Positions 1 through 9,040 of a stretch of 64,000 nt of DNA are shown here, piece by piece. The notes beneath the pieces were generated by a model, which ran no database searches, was not told the DNA's origin, and worked only from the letters and a program-made list of their open reading frames with translations. The DNA lies in contig NW_026262637.1 of NCBI RefSeq assembly GCF_021869535.1, positions 14,446,001-14,510,000 of the forward strand, in the 5' to 3' direction. Numbering within the stretch: the first letter of the stretch is position 1; every line of letters starts with the position of its first letter. Source of the stretch: Mytilus californianus. Its lineage: Eukaryota. The position numbers and the translations under genes were made by a program.

Positions 1-19
1 TTTATTTAACAAACAAAAA

Positions 20-232
20 ATAGAAATACTAAGGATGTTCTACCCCAGATATAGATAACTTTAGCTGCATTTGGCAAAACCTTTGTAATTGTGGGTTTTC
101 AGTGCTCTTTGACTTCGTATTTTATTTGGTCTTTTACATTTTTTTTTATTTGAGCGTCACTGATAAGTCTTTTGTAGACGAAACGCGCGTTTGGTTAACT
201 TTAAACCTGGTATGTACGATTAGTTAATTCGA
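20..232 (+). mobile_element. Decayed retrozyme/Penelope-associated-type dispersed repeat ending in a hammerhead motif
   Basis: Contains the hammerhead-like motif at 155-194. Boundaries are approximate and the element class is inferred from the ribozyme type. Confidence 0.5.
155..194 (+). ncRNA. Degenerate minimal type I hammerhead ribozyme motif
   Basis: CGTCA-CTGATAA-GTCT(TTTGT)AGAC-GAAA-C-GCGC-GTT-TGG. The core has G8>A (CUGAUAA instead of CUGANGA) and helix I is shortened, so it is predicted inactive. Confidence 0.6.
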
Positions 233-828
233 GAATTGAATGCACAGTATCCTCGTTTTTCTTTTTTGTTATTTCAGCTCTTGTAAGTTTGACTATTCGG
301 ATGCCCAAATATTTTAGTCTAAGCAGGCATCGATGTCTCAAGAAACGTTATTTATCGAAATGCAACTCTGGTCCATCAGAATAGCTTCCAGATAAATGAT
401 ATAATTGCAATTGGTTTAAACCTCTGGTGTGAACCTATACACCCCAAGGGTATCACTAGTTAGTGATTAAGCATTATTTCGGGTGTCTAAATACTAAATA
501 CGTATGTTACATTAAAAATGTATAGACAAAGTTTTTGAATTCATTTTTAATAGTTTTTTATCAATGATCACCCTGAATATGCAAAGCTCCGATTCTGAAA
601 TTTATATCGAACAATTTACCTACTAGTAGTTTGTGGTTTCTAAATACTATGACAGGTATTACATGCATAACAGATATTTGTCCAAACACCTGGTTCCAAC
701 TCCATTTGTAGGTAATGCGGTTCATTCTTTTTCGTTGCAACACAAGTAGCCTGATTTATGAGATTTTAATTGATATTGATCTACCAACATCAAAACAACC
801 ACTTACGTTTATATTTCTAATACTCCGT

Positions 829-1143
829 TTGTACCGCTGCTGTGAACTGTCAACATACCGAGGGTACCATACATCCAATATACAAAGTTGGTCCAACCAA
901 GAGCTTGCACGAGGTCGATACCGCAGCTGGGGCATCATTCATCAAGTAGCCAGAGCTGGCCTTATCCGTCCAGGAGATTGCATGGGGTCGATAACAGTGC
1001 TGGTGGACTGTGGGAAAGCTATGGTACCATCCATACAATAGCCAGAGCTGACCTGATAGACTCCGAGCTAGCGCTGGGTTGATACCGCTGCTGGTGGACT
1101 GTACATAAACGGATAGTACCATACACTCAGTACCCAGAGCTGA
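829..1143 (+). repeat. Four diverged tandem units (73-91 nt) of a GATACCGCTGCTGGTGGAC...GGTACC...CCAGAGCTG motif
   Basis: Units start at ~830, 917, 990 and 1081. Conserved blocks are separated by variable segments, and the array is visibly more GC-rich than its flanks. Confidence 0.7.
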
Positions 1144-1799
1144 TCAAAGTGATACATTTTAACTGCACATTTACAGTTTATAGATTATGTAGCTGTTCTG
1201 TTTCAAATCCCTCTGGCAATGTTGATCGTAGATAATTCCGGTTGTTTATATGTCATTGTTTGTTTTTATTCACTCAAACGATTTACTTATGTCCTTAGTT
1301 TCCAAAATGATAGCATGTTGTGGGCACTAAAATGCGGTATTTTGCGTTTATATTGACTTACTAGTAGTATATTACCTTGAAAAACAATATTTCGCTAACG
1401 CTATCAACGCTTCAAAAATAAGTTTCTACTTACAGAAAAGGTTAAATTCTTCGGATCTACAACTGAACCAGTTTTGACAGCCTTACACGATACATTTGTC
1501 TTATCTCTTTACAGTATATAATAAGTCTTTAATGATATAGAACCTTTTCACACGTAGAACACTTTTTCTCTCCATCGGAATTGAAATATTAAATTCATAA
1601 ATAGTTGTATGTCTCATATATAGCACATACTATTTTAACAGTAAACAAAAGTTTATTCGTCAAACTGTTGATACGTCCAGGAATGCTTAATAAACGTATA
1701 ATAATGAAGATGTAAGTGGACGCATTTCTACATGTGCCGGTCCCAATTTTGTATTCCATGATTTGTTGTTTTTGTCATAATAACATTACTAAGATTATT

Positions 1800-1843
1800 G
1801 CATCAGATGCGCATTTCGACAATTAATGTCTCGTCAGTGAAGC
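1800..1843 (-). ncRNA. Minimal type I hammerhead ribozyme with intact catalytic core
   Basis: Minus strand reads GCTTCA-CTGACGA-GAC(ATTAATT)GTC-GAAA-T-GCGC-ATC^TGATGC: CUGANGA and GAAA core, helix II, palindromic GCGC helix III loop, AUC cleavage triplet, and helix I with one U-U mismatch. Confidence 0.75.
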
Positions 1844-2383
1844 GAGGTTAACATTTTGGTAAATCCAAAAAACCTGATACATACGCTAAAGAGCTGATCA
1901 CCGAAAATTGTTCAAAGTATAATACTAAATTTTGTCATTAAAAGTCTTTTTTTTTTATTGTTTTCCGTTTGTTTTTGGTTTTTTTCGGGGTTTTTTTTGT
2001 TTGTTCGAAAGCTTTCATATCTTGTTATATTATGTGGGTATTTCCTCATCATTGAAGACCTGTAGAATAGCGTGTTCACTTTCCGATCCTCATCGAAAAC
2101 TATGTCAAATTCATGTTTTAAACTGTAGCAAATCTCGTTAACTAGTATTTATGCATTTCTTTACAAAATACCATAAACAATGAGAACAATGTTCATACTA
2201 CATGTTCATAAGAACCTATACATTAGCTTTAATTGGATTTATTATCATCTACTTACTTTACATAGGTTTTTTTAATGTTTTATTTTATAAATTATCTATA
2301 AAAACCAAAGACGCCATTCCAGCGGCTCTAACAAATTACTTTTCAAATAACTTGTCATTAAAGCATATGTAATTAAACTGAAA

Positions 2384-3601
2384 TTAATTTTCGCATACAA
2401 AGTCATCGGGTTTCAAGACATCCCATGCCTTTCCTGCAACTTTGGGTGGTCCACTGCAAACAATAATATGTGGATACATTATAGTGTATGTTGCATTGTC
2501 CATCTTCTCCCTCAGCCATTTCAGGTGACAGTCACAAATCCATGGATTAAAATCCATGAATACTGAAGACAAACGTGGCATAAATTTGGTATCGAGGACC
2601 CCAGGGTCGAGGGTACTAAGCTTGTTATCACTCAACCATAGATCTTGTATGTTGGTCAAGGAATGAAATGCTCCTGTCTCTATTTTACTTATCTTATTGT
2701 CGGCAAGGTATATTGTTTTTAATGCTGTAAGTCCATCTAATGTATAATTAGTAATCTTTGACGAAATTTGATCGTCCATAAAGTCTATAATTGTTACTTT
2801 TGTTAATCCGAAAAATGCATAGTCAGCTAGCGTAGAAAGAGTACTGTCCCGAATCTCAATAACCTGGATGTTCGGAAGATGTCGGAAACCAAACGATGGT
2901 ATTACAGTTATGGGATTGCCAACGAAATCAAAATTTTGTAAAGATGCAGGAAAATATGTCATGTTTGGAAATGTTTTAATATTGTTGTATCTCAAAGATA
3001 AATACGTCAGATTCTGATTTTTGAAAAAGGCTGTTAGAGGTATTCCACCATCCTCCAACTGGTTAAAGCTAATGGCTATGTTTATGGCACCGGTCAGTGG
3101 ATCGAATGCGTGTTCTTCAATCTTGCTTAGATTTGTATTACTTACGGTTAAATACTGAATGGAAGGGTATTTAACAAAACTTGAAGCAGTCAATGTTTGA
3201 ATTGGGTTATAAGCTATCGCAAATCCAATAAGTTTAGGAGGTAGTACTTGTGGAATTGAAGTGAAATCATTAATCGATAGATCCAAATCGGCAATGCTAG
3301 GCAAATCAAGTGCACCATCTTGTATACTACCTTCTTTAAACTGGTTATTTGTAAGATCAAGTGACTGAAGATGAATCAATCCTGTAAATGAATCTTTTGG
3401 TACTCCTTTTATCTGATTTGATCCGAGATTTAAAGAAATTGTCGTTATTGGTAAATCCTTTGGTATTTCAGTAATCCCTGTCCCATTACAATACACTTCG
3501 GTATTTGTGTTCTGACAAGTACAAGGGGAGGGACATTCGCCTGTACTCGTGGTAAATAACATCAGATGGAGGTACAGGGTAAACGTTTTAACTGTCATCA
3601 T
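2384..3601 (-). CDS. Secreted leucine-rich-repeat protein (signal peptide, LRRNT, ~13 LRRs, LRRCT; no TM domain), FLRT/SLRP-like repeat pattern
   Basis: 405-aa ORF with CPSPCTC...VYC cap, LxxLxLxxN repeats and NPWICDCHLKWL...C.GP...FVC cap, stopping 2 aa after the last Cys. A 5'UTR splice acceptor (tttcag) lies at ~3627. Confidence 0.92.
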   Translation of the reverse strand: MMTVKTFTLYLHLMLFTTSTGECPSPCTCQNTNTEVYCNGTGITEIPKDLPITTISLNLGSNQIKGVPKDSFTGLIHLQSLDLTNNQFKEGSIQDGALDLPSIADLDLSINDFTSIPQVLPPKLIGFAIAYNPIQTLTASSFVKYPSIQYLTVSNTNLSKIEEHAFDPLTGAINIAISFNQLEDGGIPLTAFFKNQNLTYLSLRYNNIKTFPNMTYFPASLQNFDFVGNPITVIPSFGFRHLPNIQVIEIRDSTLSTLADYAFFGLTKVTIIDFMDDQISSKITNYTLDGLTALKTIYLADNKISKIETGAFHSLTNIQDLWLSDNKLSTLDPGVLDTKFMPRLSSVFMDFNPWICDCHLKWLREKMDNATYTIMYPHIIVCSGPPKVAGKAWDVLKPDDFVCEN

Positions 3602-4890
3602 ACTTACATTGACCGTTCAAGTGCGCTGAAATAAAATTAACTTTGACTCTAAATTATTTTGTCTATATCAGGCAACATTGAACTTGCACAGTTTTTACCG
3701 TTAGTAGGTTTTTTTTCCATTACAGCAGGGGTATAAATATCATAAATTGGTTAAAGGTTTTACCAGACAGTATCATAAAAGAGATTTTAATTTTATCTGC
3801 AGGAATTCACAAATGTCATATTTCGCATCAAGCTTTTGCGATCTTTAAGATATTTACAAAGTTTAGGAATTGCTCTTCAAATCTCTCCCATATGCCATAA
3901 AAACTAACTGGTATTGTAAATAGATTATAATGAATATACAATTGGTTGTTTTCAGTCTATGCATTTTTTGTATTATGGGGGATAATCAGAAATTCGCTAA
4001 TGACTTGTTTGAATCAATACTACTGGTTGTACTCTCTAACGTTTAATGGTTTTAAATTTCTAAAGTTTTGGTTCCGAGCGTACTTGATAAAACACGTGTT
4101 GTAAAGTCATAGTATTTATTTTGATATCAATATATTTTTTTTGAAATATAAAATTACAAAGCAGAACATGTGTGCCTTCTAAAAATGTGCTTAATGCTCA
4201 ATATGTAAACTACTCTTGAAATATGACGTTACAAGGTAAACCGATTTCATCAATATTACATTCACAGGAGCTTTTCTTCAGGGTGTAGTCGTCAATATAT
4301 AAAATCGCTTTTAGTATAAAGTCGGTGATGGTTTTTTTTCGTAACTGCATTGTGACCTTTAGACAAATATCTACAATTTCAGTAGGACATAACACGTTAA
4401 GAGTATCTCGGTTGAAAATAAACAAATATTGAGCAATGCATAAAACTTTTTACTTTAGAGAAAAACAACGCGAAAACATAAACATATAAGTTACGTCCCT
4501 CTTATGCTGATTAACTTAAGATATAATGGTATATACATCGTAGCAAAATATTAGAATAACTTAATATGTACACTTACATTGTAAACTTGTGTCAAAATAG
4601 ATGTGTATAGTATATACTATTATCTTTATTTGTTAAACACTCTTATTATAAATATATACACATATCTAAGATATATACACAAAACCCTAAGTTTATATAT
4701 CACAAATTTAACATACCAGAGCTAGACCTTTTGCCATAAATTGCTTTACAAAAGCGATTATAAAACTTGTATATTTATGAAGTCTTTAAAACTTGTTGAA
4801 GAGAGCTTGTATTTTTGTTTGGGGCATTTTTAATTTTTTATTTTAACTCATAATTATAATAATAAACAAGAATTCGTTGTATTTTCTGTT

Positions 4891-6132
4891 TTATTTACAT
4901 ACAAAGTCACTTGGTTTAAGGTCCGTCCATGTCTTTCCCGCGACATCGGGAGGCCCTGCACAGTCCGTAAGAGTAGGAGAGCCTACTTTGTAAGAAGCAT
5001 TGTCCATTTTCTCCCTCAGCCATCTTAAATGACAGTCACATGTCCATGGATTTCCGTAAATATAAACTGCTGATAGTTTCGGAATAAATGTTGTATCCAG
5101 TACAGCAGATTCTATAGTCATCAGTTTATTCTCACTAAGTCCAAGTTCTTGTAGATTTTTCAAAGGGTGCAAAGCTCCTGCTTCAATTTTAGAAACGTTA
5201 TTTATGTCTAATGACAAGCCTTGTAGTGACACTAAACCGTTAAATGTTAAATTTGTTATTGTACTTGACAAGTGTCCTTGAGTTAAATCTAAAAACCTTA
5301 GATTTTGTAATCCAAAAAACGCGTTGTCTTCAATAGAGTTAATAGTTCCCTGCGCTATTGCCAGGTTTGTTAGGTTCGACAATGATTTGAATGCATGTGA
5401 CGGTATAGTTGTTATCTTGTTACCATAGATACTTATTTTTTGTAAAGAACTTGGAAGATTTGATGTATCTGGTATTGCTTGTAGCTGATTATAATTTAAC
5501 CTCAATTCATTTAGCTTCACATTTTTGGAGAACGCTTTAGGTCTTAAACTGCTATCGTTAAGACTGTTTGAACTTAAGTCGATCACTCGAACATTAATCA
5601 ATGGATCAAAGGCATGCTTCTCGACTATATCAATTTGATTTGCTAGCATGTTAAGGTATTGTATGGACGTTGCATGTACGAAACTATTGGCCTTAAGTGT
5701 CGAAATAGGGTTGTTGTAGAAATTCAAAGTTAAAAGTTTTGGTGGAAGTTCCTGTGGAATTGAAGTAAATAGATTTGCTGACAAGTCTATCATGTCTATG
5801 CTTGACAAATTAAATGCTCCTCTTTCAATGCTATTATCTTGTAACTTATTTCTTGTCATGTCTATGTAACTAAGCTGGTAAAGTCCATCAAATGCGGTCT
5901 TTGGTATGTGAGAGATTTCGTTGGACCTAAGAAGCAATGCTATCGTATTTCTGGGTAAACCTTTTGGTATTTCTGTTATCCCTGTTAGGTTACACACAAC
6001 AGTTGTGTTATTGTATAAACACCAGCATGGTGAAGGACAAGGATCAGATAAGCTGTACTGTAGACACAGGAGAACTAAAATGACTGCAATTTGCTTCAAT
6101 ACTGTGTACATTCTTGTTTGTACTTTGGACAT
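4891..6132 (-). CDS. Paralogous secreted LRR protein (~413 aa; signal peptide, LRRNT, ~13 LRRs, LRRCT)
   Basis: Collinear with the 2384-3601 protein. An acceptor (ttgcag) just upstream of 6141 makes ATG 6132 (or 6111) the likely start rather than 6192. Confidence 0.9.
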   Translation of the reverse strand: MSKVQTRMYTVLKQIAVILVLLCLQYSLSDPCPSPCWCLYNNTTVVCNLTGITEIPKGLPRNTIALLLRSNEISHIPKTAFDGLYQLSYIDMTRNKLQDNSIERGAFNLSSIDMIDLSANLFTSIPQELPPKLLTLNFYNNPISTLKANSFVHATSIQYLNMLANQIDIVEKHAFDPLINVRVIDLSSNSLNDSSLRPKAFSKNVKLNELRLNYNQLQAIPDTSNLPSSLQKISIYGNKITTIPSHAFKSLSNLTNLAIAQGTINSIEDNAFFGLQNLRFLDLTQGHLSSTITNLTFNGLVSLQGLSLDINNVSKIEAGALHPLKNLQELGLSENKLMTIESAVLDTTFIPKLSAVYIYGNPWTCDCHLRWLREKMDNASYKVGSPTLTDCAGPPDVAGKTWTDLKPSDFVCK

Positions 6133-7218
6133 TTCAAGTATCTGCAACAGATTATAATAACATGAGAGAAAAAATGCTTTTACATTTGGCAATACTAGTT
6201 TTTATCAGTATCAGTGTATATGAAAATATATACTCCGATAAAGTACCCTTGGAAGCTGGCACTCTAATTTTCCATACGGACTTTGGGCATTGGTGCATCC
6301 TTAAAATGTCAAGCTGCAATATCTAAAAATATCTAATGACATGTTTAAAGCATCTATACCATACATTCATTTTTATAAATCGTCTTGATTCTAGACAAGT
6401 TGTGGAGAAATCTAAAGAGACCACCAAAGATGTGTCATCAAACACCAGATTATTTAAAGAATAAACTCATTACGATATACATAAGACAACGCGTTGATCA
6501 GATCTCCCACTTTTTATATTGTGGGTCAGCTAAAAAAGTTTATGGAATAGAAGACAATAAAAAGGTATCATTTGATTAATGCCAATCTTTAATTATGTCA
6601 GCGTTGCATAGATGCCTCAGTCTCTGTTCAGTGCCTTCTTGGTTTTGGGTGCTTTTATATTGTTATTTAAAAGGTATACTTATTATTATTATTATTTGAA
6701 AGGTAGATGTTTTGATTATTATCATTAAATATGTAGATTTTTTTGTTATTATCATTTTAAAGGTAGATTTGATGAGGTTGACATTTTCACTCCTTAGCTT
6801 GAAAAATCTGAAGCAACGCCGCATACACGAGTCAGGTCTTCTGGCGAAATATTCTAGGCAGTGAAAAATTAAAATAATGTATCAAAAATCCCGTCAATGT
6901 CAGTTAAAAGAAACTTGGCCTTCTGAATAGCCGTGTATTGCTTACTTCAAGAAAAAGGGGTCTTTCTGGGACTACAAGCGTATTCAATCAATTACAATGT
7001 ATGATTTCTATGTATATTTATACTTACGAGCCTTGTTTACACTTCTATTTCGTTTAATGTCTTATCTCTCTGAGTAGGTGCTTATCCCGTTATATTATAG
7101 ATAAAGTTCTTAATTTTACAACGTGAGATGAAGCATTTTAGATTTTGTTTTTGAACTTTAGTTGAAATCCATAGGAAGATTTAGGTGTGTTTTTGGAAGT
7201 ATGATACGCAAGAATATA

Positions 7219-7249
<31 letters not shown>

Positions 7250-8938
7250 GGAGGGGGGGGGGGGGGGGGACTTGTTAAGGAAAATCTGTCTTCATAAGTT
7301 GTGATCACAGCAGAGTGGAAGTCAGTTCTTCTTCACCCCTTTTTGAAACCCTGGATTTGTCGTGAATGTTCACAATTCAATATTTGGATGATTATGTGGA
7401 ATATTGGAGTCCCTTTTGACACATCTTCCCTTATAAAATTAGTAAACGCTCAATGCAATTTAAAAAGCGTTAATCTTTGTTTCTCTATTACTGATATAAG
7501 ATTGTTGCTTTCGATGGAGATTTTGTTTTACAGGTTTCCTTTACAAGTATTTAATAGATGATTAGAGATTGTAGCTGCCGAGGAAACAGTTTTACTTGGC
7601 TTCATGACCAGGGTTTAATTTCTTCTTACCAGGACGCTTTTGTTGAGATTTCATAACAGAGATAAATGGCCGAACAGAGGGGTTGCCTTTTCAATGGTGG
7701 AAGGCAAATGTCCATGTTATACTGGTTTTCAAGCGGGAAATTTTATGACTGCAACCAAGTGTTGATCAATCATTTCAGAATGTTATAATATACATAAGCA
7801 AAGTGAGAATTGTTTTTTTTTACATTTCACAATCACAGTAATTCTTATTTTAAAATACATTCTGCACTTAATACTCAATATTTATAAGTTTTATTTCAAT
7901 TCAGACTCCAGTAGGGAAAAAATGCAAAAATTAAAATCCTTGCATACTTCTATTGTGGAGGTCACTAAATTAAGCATAATCAATCAGCTTTGTTTCGCTG
8001 AATAGACATTGAACGAAAAATTCAGATGAAATGGCACTAATATTAAAAAACGTCAAACGGGTAACACATTAAAAGCGGTGGGTTTTGTTCCAAAAGTATG
8101 TAAATAAATCCTAAAAATTATCACACATCCTTATAAATTCGTCGTTTTTATATTAAATGAGCAAATTTCGGGCGTCAGTTTTCTACAATCCAAGTTTTCT
8201 CCTTTTATAATTTTTATCCATCTTACTACTTCTAAATTGTCAAAAATTAGGGAGGTGTCAGTTTTTGAGTCTGGCTGTAGTCCCACCTAGGTTCTAAATG
8301 TAAAAATCCCTTTTCTATAACCATGCCAGTATAATCTCTTATGAAACCAGGGACCTGTATGATATATATCTCTGATAAAACCTAGGACTAGTATTTTTCT
8401 ACATTACGGAGAGAAAAAACTATTCTGGGGCTTAAAGGATGAATCTACTAATTTGGTCCCATTACAAATACAGTAAAACATGCATATTATTATGTCTCTG
8501 TCTAATAAAAGCAATAAAGTCATCCATATGGGTGGTGGGATGACTGTTTAATTTGACGTAAGTTGTAAATATCTTTCATATTATAGATTTAAAATTTATG
8601 TATCCCTTTGGGAGTGCTCCTAAGAGAGGAGGAAATTACCTGTAACAGTATCAGTACCAGTAACAGCTTTCAATGAATTTACGTTATTGATTCAAAGCTT
8701 TTGAAAATAATCGCTTTTCTGCTAATTTCGGAATATTGTGTTAATAAAACCCGGGACTATAGATGAAACCTATATTTTATAAAGTTATTCAAATTGCGGA
8801 TTTAGTTTGGAGTTACTTTTCCTGAAATCAATTAAGAGTGAAACGTCCGTCAGATGTCGTGAGTGAAAGTACCTGTTCATGCGTGTAAATCACCAAGGTC
8901 ACGGCTTCCTTTCCGGCACATGGCGGTGTTTAAACTTT

Positions 8939-8953
8939 TGTTTACATGTTTAC
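8939..8953 (+). promoter_or_regulatory. Tandem forkhead (FOXJ1-type) TGTTTAC motifs upstream of the SPATS1-like start
   Basis: TGTTTAC at 8939-8945 and 8947-8953, about 90 nt before ATG 9041. A YY1-like CATGGCGG lies at ~8919. Confidence 0.3.
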
Positions 8954-9040
8954 AAACGAACACGAATTAATTATAAGTAAAATCAATATGTAACGAGAGT
9001 CAATATTTAGGTTCAAACGTTTAAGTAAAACAGATACAAA

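Noticed and set aside
561-1122. Short overlapping ORFs (60-108 aa)
   Set aside because: No recognisable domains or splice context; they overlap the non-coding repeat array.
829-1143. Repeat-spacer appearance suggesting a CRISPR array
   Set aside because: Eukaryotic context, no cas genes, and the repeats are degenerate, of unequal length and split into several conserved blocks.
6133-6192. ORF-track N-terminal extension of the second LRR gene
   Set aside because: It lies mostly upstream of a good splice acceptor at 6142-6143 and pushes the signal peptide inward, so it is probably intronic.
7224-7270. Long poly-T followed by poly-G (also G/C runs at ~9268, 14925, 60788)
   Set aside because: Homopolymers inside small repeats or MITE-like sequences; lengths are unreliable in assemblies and no function can be supported.
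7400-7740. Mostly open minus-strand frame (FPLENQYNMDICLPPLKRQPLC...)
   Set aside because: Contains several stops and no motif I can recognise; it may be a decayed exon but needs a BLASTX search.
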